Virus record (IMG/VR): IMGVR_UViG_3300017912_002502
Span: 3,776-67,775 of that record
Length of the DNA stretch: 64,000 nucleotides
Source: a virus
Taxonomy: Duplodnaviria; Caudoviricetes
Direction: 5' to 3' (one strand)
The notes below the pieces were generated by a model. It searched no databases and had not been told where the DNA came from. It saw nothing but the letters and a program-made list of their open reading frames with translations. This document shows positions 26,583 to 36,295 of this stretch, piece after piece. Made by a program: the position numbers and the translations under genes. The first letter of the stretch is position 1, and each line of letters starts with the position of its first letter.

Positions 26583-29161
26583 TGGATCTCGAAACCATAC
26601 TTGAAGGAATAAACGATCCTGCTATTTTTAAGGCAGTGTTTCTTGCTGGTGGTCCAGGAAGTGGCAAGTCCTTCGTAGTAGGTAGGACAGCATTACAGGC
26701 ACAGGGTTTGAAACTAATTAACTCTGATGACCATTTTGAAAGGTTGCTGTCAAGAGAAGCGATGAAGACAGATCCTTCATCAATATTTTCGCCACGTGGT
26801 CAACAGATTAGACAACAGGCGAAATACCTTACCAATCTCCAAATGAGAATGGCAATCAATGGTAGATTGGGTCTCGTGATTGACGGAACTGGTAAGGATA
26901 TAGGTAAAATTAGAAACCAGAAGCAAATGCTCGAAACAATGGGCTATGAAACTTCTCTGGTTTTTGTAAATACCGATCTGGAAACTGCCATGTCTAGGAA
27001 TAATAATAGACCGAGACAACTTCCAGATGACCAAGTAAAGAAAATGTGGAACGAGGTTCAAAATAATCTCGGCAGTTTTCAAAGAATGTTTGGTCAAAAT
27101 ATGATTATTGTTGATAATAGCGATGGCATCAACACTGATCAAGTTTTATTACAGGCATATAGAGATGTCCAAAGATTTGTTAAAGCACCATTGAGAAGCA
27201 GAAAAGCATTACAATGGATTAAGCAACAAAAGGCTGCAAGAATGAATGAAGACATAAAAAAGATGGATATGGGTGATGTTATCAAAGACTTTCAAAAGTC
27301 TGATGCACCTCAATTCAAAGGTAAGAGCAAGAAAAAGAAACGCGAAATGGCGATTGCAGCAAAGTTAAGTGCTATGGATGAAGCACCAAAAGTGCCACAA
27401 GACAGCGATATAGCAAAAAGAAAAGGTTCACAACCTGCAAAATATCATGCAGGTTTAAGCAAATCAACAAAACAAAAAAGAGACGCGCAATTCAAAAAGC
27501 AGGCAAAAATGTCTGACAGTAACCCAGCTGCATACAAACCAGCAGCAGGTGACAAGAATGCGAAGACGAAGCCATCGAAGTACACCAAATATGTCCAGAA
27601 AATGATGGACGAGGAGAAGTTCGAGCCTCACATGATGTACCACCCAGAGACTGGTAAGGGTATAATGGCACAAAGGCATTCTGATCACATGCGTATGTCT
27701 CAGCTGGGTTACACTCTGGATGAAAAATGTTGGGATAGCCACAAACAAGTTGGCATGAAGAAAAAAGGGAACAAGATGGTTCCTAATTGTGTGCCTAAAA
27801 ATGAAGGCAATGAGGATGTGTTAATCGATCCTAAAAAATATAAGAAAAAAGACCCAATGGCTCTACCACAAATTGGTAAACTTCGCAACGTAAAGAAAAG
27901 AGTTTCAAAGCAACGTGTAAAAGACACGAAAGTATTCGACAAAATTAAGATTGACGAATCAGAATATATGGTAGAAGTATCTATGTCTGATGTAATTAAA
28001 TCAAAGTCAATCTACAAAGACAAATATATGAAACTGGCGAATTACATTGTCTCTGATTACAGAAAAGATAAACTTCGCGGTGGTGGTCGTGCAAGACACG
28101 ATGTTTATTATCATGCCCACGAAATCCTACGCAAGATGGGTCAAGAAGGTAGAAAACTCAACTCAAGGATACTCGGCGACAAAGCTAAAGCAATCTTGGG
28201 TGAAGAATACAAATATGAATGGGGAACAGATGACGGCACAGCATATATGAAAGCTGTGACTCCTGGATATCCTCATAAGACAACTAAGAGAAACAAATCC
28301 AATTCTAAGAGACATTACAAAGTTGACGAAAAAAGTATCCAAGAAGAAGACGGAATCATGTGTAAAGATGGTATGTATTGGTGTAGGCAACGTAAAGCGT
28401 GTGTGCCTATTCCAGATGGTTACAAAGACAGAGGTGATGGATATATCATCCGTGAGACTGTAGCAGAAGCCATTGAGCAAGTAAATGAAATCTATAAAGA
28501 TTTACTCGAAAGACTTGATGATAATGGTAAACCACATATCGCTGAACCAATTGAAGATGTCCTCTCTGCAGAGGATATTCGCGACCTATTGATACAGGCA
28601 GATAATCTTTCAATCGATGATATGAAAGATCTTGGCATTATAGACGAGGAAGAGCCTGAAGAAGAACTAGAGATTGATACAGCAGAGGTTCAAGTTACAG
28701 AAGCACTTACACCACTTGGTCGTATCAAGCGTAGACAAGCTGCAAGAAGAAATAAAACAAAATTAAAACTCGCTCGTGTTCGTGCATTAAAACGTGCAGG
28801 TGGTAACGCTCGTATCAAATTACGTGCTACACGTGGTGCGAGAAATTTGATGTATAAACGTCTATTACGTGGACGTGATAAGGCAGGATTACCACCATCA
28901 GAGAAGGCAAGACTGGAAACAATGATACAAAGATTCCAGCCATTGATTGCTCGAATCGCTGTTCGTATTTTACCACAGATTCGTAAGACAGAACTTAGTC
29001 GTTTGAAAAACAAACGTGCTGGTATGAAACCACAAAAAGCTAAGAAATTTGTGATCAAGAAAGGTGGTAATGCTTCTAAGTATAAAGCTAAGAAATTTGT
29101 GATCAAAAACAAACCTAAAGGTTCTGGTCCACAGAAAGCGAAAAAAGCAGCGATTAAATAA
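26582..29161 (+). CDS. P-loop kinase domain followed by many Lys-rich modules (putative internal head polyprotein)
   Basis: GGPGSGKS, INSDD and LVIDGTG kinase domain in the first ~220 aa; basic modules separated by hydrophobic-x-E motifs. Confidence 0.65.
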   Translation: MDLETILEGINDPAIFKAVFLAGGPGSGKSFVVGRTALQAQGLKLINSDDHFERLLSREAMKTDPSSIFSPRGQQIRQQAKYLTNLQMRMAINGRLGLVIDGTGKDIGKIRNQKQMLETMGYETSLVFVNTDLETAMSRNNNRPRQLPDDQVKKMWNEVQNNLGSFQRMFGQNMIIVDNSDGINTDQVLLQAYRDVQRFVKAPLRSRKALQWIKQQKAARMNEDIKKMDMGDVIKDFQKSDAPQFKGKSKKKKREMAIAAKLSAMDEAPKVPQDSDIAKRKGSQPAKYHAGLSKSTKQKRDAQFKKQAKMSDSNPAAYKPAAGDKNAKTKPSKYTKYVQKMMDEEKFEPHMMYHPETGKGIMAQRHSDHMRMSQLGYTLDEKCWDSHKQVGMKKKGNKMVPNCVPKNEGNEDVLIDPKKYKKKDPMALPQIGKLRNVKKRVSKQRVKDTKVFDKIKIDESEYMVEVSMSDVIKSKSIYKDKYMKLANYIVSDYRKDKLRGGGRARHDVYYHAHEILRKMGQEGRKLNSRILGDKAKAILGEEYKYEWGTDDGTAYMKAVTPGYPHKTTKRNKSNSKRHYKVDEKSIQEEDGIMCKDGMYWCRQRKACVPIPDGYKDRGDGYIIRETVAEAIEQVNEIYKDLLERLDDNGKPHIAEPIEDVLSAEDIRDLLIQADNLSIDDMKDLGIIDEEEPEEELEIDTAEVQVTEALTPLGRIKRRQAARRNKTKLKLARVRALKRAGGNARIKLRATRGARNLMYKRLLRGRDKAGLPPSEKARLETMIQRFQPLIARIAVRILPQIRKTELSRLKNKRAGMKPQKAKKFVIKKGGNASKYKAKKFVIKNKPKGSGPQKAKKAAIK
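29036..29106 (+). repeat. 23-bp direct repeat encoding KAKKFVIK twice
   Basis: AAAGCTAAGAAATTTGTGATCAA at 29036-29058 and 29084-29106. Confidence 0.85.
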
Positions 29162-29277
29162 TGAAACCGAATAAATATATAAAGAAACCAAAACTCAAGC
29201 CAGTAACTAAGGCAGAAGCGATGGAAAGAGTCTGGAAAGACAATACCATTATTGGTAATAAAGGTAAGAAAAAATGA
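29161..29277 (+). CDS. 38-aa Lys-rich peptide (not in ORF track)
   Basis: MKPNKYIKKPKLKP...GKKK; coupled at both ends (TAATG and ATGA). Confidence 0.45.
   Translation: MKPNKYIKKPKLKPVTKAEAMERVWKDNTIIGNKGKKK
29170..29177 (+). promoter_or_regulatory. Late promoter variant
   Basis: AATAAATA upstream of the CTS-bearing genes. Confidence 0.4.
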
Positions 29278-29501
29278 AAACATTTAATGATTTTATCGTA
29301 GAGGGCGCATTAGCAGACAAAGCAAAGAAGTCTGGTATCTCAGTTGGAACATTGCGTAAAGTCTACAATCGTGGGATGGCTGCATGGAAGACTGGTCACC
29401 GTCCAGGAACAACCCCACAACAATGGGGACATGCTCGTGTAAATGCATTCATTACGAAAAAGAAAAAAGGTGGATTGAACCACGATAAGGATCTAGCGTA
29501 A
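29274..29501 (+). CDS. Small basic putative internal head protein (DUF5824-like module)
   Basis: N-terminus MKTFNDFIVE resembles the T4 IP capsid-targeting sequence MKTYQEFIAE; contains RKVYNRGMAAW...ARVN. Confidence 0.7.
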   Translation: MKTFNDFIVEGALADKAKKSGISVGTLRKVYNRGMAAWKTGHRPGTTPQQWGHARVNAFITKKKKGGLNHDKDLA

Positions 29502-30481
29502 TGAAAAAATTTGCAGAATCATTGGTCGTAAAAGAAATTAGTGACAAGGTCGTCAATAGAGTCACTCAAAAAAGAAATCAGGCGATGAGAAATGCCATCA
29601 TTCAAAAAAATAAACAGGCAAAAGATAATGCTGTTGATCGTATTGAAAGAAATATGAAACTAAGAATGAACAGAGCATATAGACAAATGAATAAAAAAAC
29701 CGATGCTGCAATGGCAAGGTTAAAAGAAGATGGTCATACAGATGTTTCTTCTATGAAGACCAAAGTTAAAACTGCAATGTCAGCACTTTCAAAAATGAAC
29801 ACTGAACTATCTAAGTTGCCAGACGATGGCGACTTACCTACATGGTGGACAAATAAAGTTGCAGTCGCAGTAGATAAACTCGATGGTATGGCAGATTATC
29901 TAGATGCTAAAGTTGAATCTGTTGATGAAGCATCTGCTGCAGATGTATTGAAAAGAAGATATGCTTCAAACGATCCAGATGACAATCCTCAAGCAACCAA
30001 AAGAGTTAAGGATGCCATTCCTGGTGTGGCTACATACAAGATGCACAAACATGCAGGTTTAACAAACAAAGGATACTCTAAGAAAGGTAAAATGGCTGCT
30101 CTTAAAAAGCAACATGCAAGAAGACCTGAGCAGTATGGTATCACTAGAGAAGATTCTTGTTGTGAAGAATGTAAATATGAAGACATCATTGAAGATGCAA
30201 TGATTATAGAAAACGGAGAAAAGAAAGGTGTTAAATTAAATAACATCATCCGTACCTCTGAAAATCCGAATAAGAAATTTAAAGTATATGTTCGCGACCC
30301 AGCAACAAAAAAAATTAAAGTAGTTAGGTTTGGCGATCCAAATATGGAAATCAAAAGAGACGATCCCAATCGTAGAAAAAACTTCCGTGCCAGACATAAC
30401 TGCGACAATCCTGGACCAAAAACTAAAGCAAGATATTGGTCTTGTAAACAATGGCGTGGTGGAGCAAAAGTAGAAAACTAA
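29501..30481 (+). CDS. Modular basic putative internal head protein
   Basis: MKKFAE... N-terminus; modules LPTWWTNKVA and KKFKVYV...FGDPNM...FRARHNC...YWSC. Confidence 0.6.
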   Translation: MKKFAESLVVKEISDKVVNRVTQKRNQAMRNAIIQKNKQAKDNAVDRIERNMKLRMNRAYRQMNKKTDAAMARLKEDGHTDVSSMKTKVKTAMSALSKMNTELSKLPDDGDLPTWWTNKVAVAVDKLDGMADYLDAKVESVDEASAADVLKRRYASNDPDDNPQATKRVKDAIPGVATYKMHKHAGLTNKGYSKKGKMAALKKQHARRPEQYGITREDSCCEECKYEDIIEDAMIIENGEKKGVKLNNIIRTSENPNKKFKVYVRDPATKKIKVVRFGDPNMEIKRDDPNRRKNFRARHNCDNPGPKTKARYWSCKQWRGGAKVEN

Positions 30482-30494
30482 TACTTCTAACTCA

Positions 30495-30502
30495 TATAAA
30501 TT
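30495..30502 (+). promoter_or_regulatory. Late promoter variant
   Basis: TATAAATT 6 nt before ATG 30509; no SD. Confidence 0.45.
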
Positions 30503-30508
30503 TATATT

Positions 30509-32110
30509 ATGAAATATCATGGAATAATCCTTGGAATCTTCCAAGCATCACATATCCTAATTAGAGACCCTTGTTGGGTAAGTGTTAAGCGTTCAGCTGG
30601 TGCGTATAAAATTGCACACTTTATGCGTGGCGAAGGTTGGGATGTTGAGGTAGTCGATTACTGGCTACAATTCGATTATGAAGAATTCAAAGAACTTATA
30701 GACTCTCGTGTTACTAAAGATACCAAATTTATTGGGTTAAGTCTTACCTTCCCAATTACTGGTAGAAATATCATTCGATCAAAAAAATATCTCCAATACA
30801 TCAAAGATACTTATCCTGACGTAGCTATTGTTTGCGGTAGTAAAGCCATATACACTGGAATATATCTTCATGAGTATGTAGATTATTTTCTGTTTGGTTA
30901 TGGAGAATACGGTTTTAATGAACTGATGAAAAAACTCACAGGTCGTCCATCATCCGTTGTCATTGAAGAATTTAAAGTTGGACCACAATATGGAGTAGCT
31001 GAAGGTGTTATAAAATATATTGATTGTGATAAAAACCATATCTGTGCACCACAAAAAGATCTTTCTGTAGAATATGAAGATAGAGATTTCATATTACCCA
31101 ATGAACATATGACTTTTGAATTTGCTCGTGGTTGTAAATTTAAGTGTAAATTCTGCTCATATAATATGATAGGTGTGAAAGGCGATTACACCAGAGATAT
31201 GAATAATTTTTATACTGAAGCTATGAGAAACTACGATAAGTGGGGGTTGACTAATTATTCAGTAGCTGATGAAACTTTCAATGACAGTATTCCTAAACTT
31301 GAAAGTATTCTTGAACAAACAAGAAAGATGCCATTTAAGTTAGATATGGCTGGATATGTTCGTGCTGATTTGATTGCCTCTCGTCCACAAGACAGAGAAT
31401 TAATGGCTGAGATAGGTTTCTGGGGACATTATTATGGTATTGAAACTTTAAATCACGAGTCTGGAAAAACTATTGGTAAAGGTATCAACCCAGACAAATT
31501 AAAAACTGAACTTAAAGCAATTAAAAAGTATTTTGAAACTCATAATCAAGGAAGGTATCGAGCAACAGCTAGTTGGATTGTAGGATTACCATTTGAAACG
31601 CCTGAAACATATTGGGATGGTATTAGTTGGTGGGCTAGAGAAATGCCACTACAACATATGGCTGCATTTCCATTGTTTATTAATGCTGGAAATGAAGATG
31701 AAAGAAGAGTATTTAAAGGTGCAGAGTCTGAGTTTGATAGAACTTGGAGACAGTCTAATTTATTTGGAACTTATGAAGATGACGAAGAAGTTGGTGTGGA
31801 TCCAAAACAGTTACCTGATTTTGTTAGAGAATATGTAATGATGCGTTATAACCAATCTGCTGGAGCAAGATGGACACACGAACACTTCAATCATTGGACT
31901 GCACACGTTGAATGGGGTAAAACTATGATGTCTGATCAGTTTTTGAACTCTGGTATTGGTGCTTGGTGGTTCCATCACTATCATACCACTGGAATGGGCA
32001 CATATGAGGAGTTATTAAAACTAAGAGAACGTGATATTCACATCCCTGAGGTTATGAGGCGTACAGAAGAACACATTGAAAATTATAAGTGGAAGAAGCT
32101 GAGTTTATAA
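30509..32110 (+). CDS. Radical SAM enzyme with an N-terminal B12-binding-like domain
   Basis: CKFKCKFC cluster motif, VADETFN, GIETLN and SWIVGLPFET; N-terminal Rossmann-like region. Confidence 0.82.
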   Translation: MKYHGIILGIFQASHILIRDPCWVSVKRSAGAYKIAHFMRGEGWDVEVVDYWLQFDYEEFKELIDSRVTKDTKFIGLSLTFPITGRNIIRSKKYLQYIKDTYPDVAIVCGSKAIYTGIYLHEYVDYFLFGYGEYGFNELMKKLTGRPSSVVIEEFKVGPQYGVAEGVIKYIDCDKNHICAPQKDLSVEYEDRDFILPNEHMTFEFARGCKFKCKFCSYNMIGVKGDYTRDMNNFYTEAMRNYDKWGLTNYSVADETFNDSIPKLESILEQTRKMPFKLDMAGYVRADLIASRPQDRELMAEIGFWGHYYGIETLNHESGKTIGKGINPDKLKTELKAIKKYFETHNQGRYRATASWIVGLPFETPETYWDGISWWAREMPLQHMAAFPLFINAGNEDERRVFKGAESEFDRTWRQSNLFGTYEDDEEVGVDPKQLPDFVREYVMMRYNQSAGARWTHEHFNHWTAHVEWGKTMMSDQFLNSGIGAWWFHHYHTTGMGTYEELLKLRERDIHIPEVMRRTEEHIENYKWKKLSL

Positions 32111-32113
32111 ATA
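32106..32113 (+). promoter_or_regulatory. T4 late promoter
   Basis: TATAAATA, then AGGAG SD. Confidence 0.75.
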
Positions 32114-32149
32114 CTATACGCAAGAATAATTCTTAGGAGAAAACCAAAG

Positions 32150-34636
32150 ATGTCATTAGAAAAAGAAATTAGGAATAAGCTGGTCGCAGAAGCTGCTGAT
32201 TATAAAAAGCTAGATCAACTTGTTCGTCAGGGTATGATGTCACCAGCACAACTTCCTATGCTACATCGTGGCTTAGACAAAATGCAGTCTGGTAAAGTAC
32301 TGAACCCACAAGAACGTGAAGCTGTAAACAAAGTAATGCAATCTATGCTTTTTATCGTAACTGGAGACTCACAGGTTTTCAATAAAGCAAGACAGCACAC
32401 ACAAAAAACTAGATACCAAACTGAAAGTTATACAGAAGAAGAAGTTCGTGAGTTATGTCATTCAAAAGACCACGATTGTGCTGTAACAGTAAATCACCCT
32501 AAATGGGGTCTTGGTAAACCAATATACGAATCTCATGCTATTCCAGATGATGAAGGGAATGTTGAATGGTATGATGTGCAGTTTAAACACGGTATTGAAA
32601 AAGAAGTACCAGCTGCAGATATGGAAATCTTACAGTCTGAAGGTCATGAGAAAACAATGTATGCTTCTACTAAAAAAGGTAAAGCAAAGAATTCAAAACA
32701 ACAAGCTGCAATTGCCATTGCTAAGAAAGAAAAAGATCTTGATGAATATGGCACGATAACTGCCTCTACTAAGAAACGTAAGAAAGTAAAGAAACCAAAC
32801 GTATATGCTATGGCTGCTGAAGAATCACCAGCTGAAGATAAATTAGACAGCGGTTACAAAGCAAAATTCCAAGCTATGTTGAAGAAAACTGGCAAGTCTT
32901 TGAAAGATATGTCAGACGAAGAAAAGAAAAAATTCTTCAATGCAGTTGATGCTTCTCATTCAGCTAAAAATGAGTCTGTAAACGAAGAAGACATTAAAGA
33001 ATACATCACAGCTAAACAAGTAAAGATGGCTAAAGGTATTGCATTTGATAAACGCCACAAAGGTGGTGATATGACAGGTGCAGCTAAGAAGATGGAAAAA
33101 ATCAAGAAAGGTTTATCTAACCATCCTGGAGCCAAAAAAGCATTAAGACAAGCTAATGAAGAAGATGAATCGCAGGAGATGGATCCTAAGAAACATGTAA
33201 AAAAAGAAGATGACAAATACTGTGTCTACAATAAAGACGGTAAAAAAGTCGCTTCTTTTGACTCAAAAGATGAAGCTGAAGCATATGCAGTAAAAAACCA
33301 TAAAGATCTTATGGAATTAAAAATGCATCCACAGCACAGTCAAATAAAAAAGTACGCAAAAGCCAAAGCCAGTGACACATTTAAAAGAACATTTGGTGCT
33401 GTTGGCGACGGTGGTCCAGAAGGAGATACGTCAAAAGCAAGAGCAGCAGGAAAGAAAGTTCTTCGTAAACTGAAAAAACCTTTAGCTAAAACAGGTATGA
33501 CAAAAGCTGCAAATAAAGCTGCAAAGAAATCTTCTGATCGTATGATAGATTTGACACGTCAAGATAGTGGTTCATCCGAGCCAGTCAAGAAAATGTCTAA
33601 CAAACAACGTAAAGATCAAATGAAAACTGGTATGTATCCTGATGCAAATGATAAGGAATACAGAAAAAATGTAGAACAAGTTGAAGAAAATTATGAAAAG
33701 GGTCGTGGTCCAACAGGAATAGCATTTGCTATTAAGAAAGGACATCCTGATGCTGAGAATCCTAAAACAAGGAAAAAGTATCCTGAAAGACAGACTCCTG
33801 AATATAAGAAAAAATTCTTCCAAAATAACAAAGAAGAAACTGAAGATCTTGAAGAGCGTAATAAACAGAACGCAATGAAGCGTAAAATGATGGATGCTAG
33901 TCGTGGTGCTCGATACAAGTTGAACAACCCAAATGTTCCAGACTCTGATCACAAAACACCACAAGCACAAAACAAAGCAATCGGTCGTGCTCTTCGTAGT
34001 TTTGAAGACGCTAATTCTGATTCTATTGAAAATCAAGAAAAGATGAATAGAAAGATGAAGCGTAAATCAGATGCTAATGCAAGAAAAGAAAGAGAAACTG
34101 ATCACGGTTTCAAAGCTGCAATGAAAGAAAGTCTAATCGATAAGGTTGTAGAAAAACTGGGCGAAGGCGCAATGAAGCGTATGGCAACCCAAGCTGCAGA
34201 AAAAGAAAGACTCGGTAAACAGAAAGTCAAGGGCGACGGTATGAAAACCTTTAAGAAGCCAGACAATTCTAGAGACAAATATGGAAGATCTAATAAAATG
34301 TACTTCCATCCGAGTGAAGATGCGCAATCTGATGCAAGAAGAGATGCTAAAAGGGACTCAAGAGGTTTGGCTCAAACTAAAAAAGACAAACCAGATATGC
34401 AACATAAAGGCACAAAAGCTGGAGATGAAAAAGATGGCGGTCATATCGTCATGCAACTCCGCAAAGCTGTAAGCATTAATAAGCCAGTCAAATTTAAAGA
34501 CGGCAGTAGTCATAATATTAGTAAGGCAGACGCACACAAATACTTGAATAAGTATATGTCAGCGAAAAAACCTGCTGATAAAGAAAAGATGCATAGTGCA
34601 CACGATTCGCATGATGCTTTTAAGAAACACTTATAA
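32150..34636 (+). CDS. 828-aa Lys-rich modular protein (putative internal head polyprotein)
   Basis: Basic modules separated by LDE, VNEE, IKE, LME, VEE, LEE and LGE motifs; contains an HDCAVTVNHPKWG...WYDVQF domain. Confidence 0.6.
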   Translation: MSLEKEIRNKLVAEAADYKKLDQLVRQGMMSPAQLPMLHRGLDKMQSGKVLNPQEREAVNKVMQSMLFIVTGDSQVFNKARQHTQKTRYQTESYTEEEVRELCHSKDHDCAVTVNHPKWGLGKPIYESHAIPDDEGNVEWYDVQFKHGIEKEVPAADMEILQSEGHEKTMYASTKKGKAKNSKQQAAIAIAKKEKDLDEYGTITASTKKRKKVKKPNVYAMAAEESPAEDKLDSGYKAKFQAMLKKTGKSLKDMSDEEKKKFFNAVDASHSAKNESVNEEDIKEYITAKQVKMAKGIAFDKRHKGGDMTGAAKKMEKIKKGLSNHPGAKKALRQANEEDESQEMDPKKHVKKEDDKYCVYNKDGKKVASFDSKDEAEAYAVKNHKDLMELKMHPQHSQIKKYAKAKASDTFKRTFGAVGDGGPEGDTSKARAAGKKVLRKLKKPLAKTGMTKAANKAAKKSSDRMIDLTRQDSGSSEPVKKMSNKQRKDQMKTGMYPDANDKEYRKNVEQVEENYEKGRGPTGIAFAIKKGHPDAENPKTRKKYPERQTPEYKKKFFQNNKEETEDLEERNKQNAMKRKMMDASRGARYKLNNPNVPDSDHKTPQAQNKAIGRALRSFEDANSDSIENQEKMNRKMKRKSDANARKERETDHGFKAAMKESLIDKVVEKLGEGAMKRMATQAAEKERLGKQKVKGDGMKTFKKPDNSRDKYGRSNKMYFHPSEDAQSDARRDAKRDSRGLAQTKKDKPDMQHKGTKAGDEKDGGHIVMQLRKAVSINKPVKFKDGSSHNISKADAHKYLNKYMSAKKPADKEKMHSAHDSHDAFKKHL

Positions 34637-34639
34637 ATA
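34632..34639 (+). promoter_or_regulatory. T4 late promoter
   Basis: TATAAATA, then AGGAG SD. Confidence 0.75.
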
Positions 34640-34675
34640 ATTTAACAACAAAAACTCAATTTAGGAGAGAAAAAT

Positions 34676-35437
34676 ATGTCAGGTTGGGGAAATAAAGACG
34701 ATAAAACGTCAACAGGCACGATTGCCATGTCTACTGCAGGTGCGGTAACTGGTACATCAACTGCCTTCACAACGGAAGCTGCTGTCGGTGATATCCTCAC
34801 TGCAAGTTCTAAAGATTTTAGAATCACAGCAATTACTTCCGACACAGCAGCCACAGTTGTGGATGCTGATACTCCAGGAGCAAGCATTACAGCAATTAGT
34901 GCTGGTGAAAATTATACACTTAGTGAAAAGCCAAGTGGAATGATTAAAGCTGAGTCTTCTGGAACTTTAACATCCGAAACAGTATTCGGTGTTGATGAAG
35001 CTGAAATTGCAGCTGCAGCTGGTGACGGCAAAGGTATTGCCCAAACTGGTTGGGTAAATGTAAAAACTGTCGCTTCAGGTCGTATCACTGCTATCGACAC
35101 AGTCGGTGCTGCTGACACAGATCGTGCACAAGGTACTTACATTTTAGACCCAAGCATGTATAGCACTGCCTCTAGTGGCGATGGTGCTAGATTTCAGATC
35201 GATGTTGCTTCTAACGGTGCAGCAACGGTAACTGTTTTAAATCCAGGATCTGGATTTGCTGATAACGAAGTCATTACAGTTGCTGATGCTCAACTCGGTG
35301 GAGGTGGCGGTGCTGCTTTGACTTTCGCTGTTAACGGTATTGAAAGCCGTAAACAATATGAAACTCTGGTTGCTCTTGCCAAAGCTGATGCTTCAACTAT
35401 GGGCGACGCTGAAGATACTGAGTTCCCAGATTCCTAA
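34676..35437 (+). CDS. Virion structural protein (Ala/Thr/Gly-rich beta protein)
   Basis: MSGWGNKDD N-terminus, beta-rich composition and NPGSGF motif; late promoter. Confidence 0.6.
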   Translation: MSGWGNKDDKTSTGTIAMSTAGAVTGTSTAFTTEAAVGDILTASSKDFRITAITSDTAATVVDADTPGASITAISAGENYTLSEKPSGMIKAESSGTLTSETVFGVDEAEIAAAAGDGKGIAQTGWVNVKTVASGRITAIDTVGAADTDRAQGTYILDPSMYSTASSGDGARFQIDVASNGAATVTVLNPGSGFADNEVITVADAQLGGGGGAALTFAVNGIESRKQYETLVALAKADASTMGDAEDTEFPDS

Positions 35438-35461
35438 TAACTTATTAAAGGAGTCTGAATA

Positions 35462-35908
35462 ATGGCTGATCAAAAGCTAAGTGAACTAACTGCTGCAACG
35501 AGTGCTGCTGGTGCGGATAATTTATATCTCGTAACAGGTGGCGCAAGTAGAAAAATTACGGTCGCAAATTTGTTTGCCGATGTAGACACACCAGTCAAAC
35601 TCGGTTCAACAGTTGCGATCGATGATTCGGAAACTCTTACTGGTGCTGGGGTTGTATCTGTCGCTAAAACAGTTACAGTACTCAGCAATCCAGGAGCATC
35701 TGGAACATTGACAATCGCTGCAGGATCTACAGGACAAATCAAGATTATAGTAATGACATCTAACACAGGCAGTAACACCTTGACGTTAGATGATACAGAT
35801 CTTGGTCATGACACTGTAGTATTTAACGAAAAAGGTGACACTGCGACTCTAATATATATTGGGTCAAAGTGGTGGGTCATAGGAGGCACTGCTGCAGTCA
35901 CCAACTAA
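35462..35908 (+). CDS. Virion structural or fibre-like protein
   Basis: MADQKLSELTAA...KITVANL N-terminal module typical of fibre proteins. Confidence 0.6.
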   Translation: MADQKLSELTAATSAAGADNLYLVTGGASRKITVANLFADVDTPVKLGSTVAIDDSETLTGAGVVSVAKTVTVLSNPGASGTLTIAAGSTGQIKIIVMTSNTGSNTLTLDDTDLGHDTVVFNEKGDTATLIYIGSKWWVIGGTAAVTN

Positions 35909-35926
35909 TTAGAAAAATAATACATC

Positions 35927-36295
35927 ATGGAATTGAATGATTCGAACTTTTTGATTTATGCTATAAAGAAATATAATAACCCTCAATGCGAGGGTATGGA
36001 AGATTTAGAAGAGGATCTGAAAAGATTTAAGTATCTAAAAAGACTCTTCCGACGTTATGAAAGGAATGGCGTATTAAGTGAAAGGTTAATTATCAATCAT
36101 TTAATTGTCCTTTATAATGTTTTTGGGCAGAATGCCACTGAGTTATTATTCTTTAAAACTGACCCAGAACATTTTGCTATTTTAAAATCGTTTCTAGTTT
36201 ATCTCAATAGAGTACCACTAGAAATTATAGGATCGAACGAGTACACGGATATTCCGCTTGATGCTAATATATTAGATGAACTGAGGAAACTTTAA
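35927..36295 (+). CDS. Conserved T4-like hypothetical protein
   Basis: YAIKKYNNPQC...RLIINHLIVLYNVFG. Confidence 0.7.
   Translation: MELNDSNFLIYAIKKYNNPQCEGMEDLEEDLKRFKYLKRLFRRYERNGVLSERLIINHLIVLYNVFGQNATELLFFKTDPEHFAILKSFLVYLNRVPLEIIGSNEYTDIPLDANILDELRKL

Noticed and set aside
26582-27240. Zeta-toxin toxin-antitoxin module
   Set aside because: No adjacent antitoxin; the kinase is the N-terminal domain of a late modular protein
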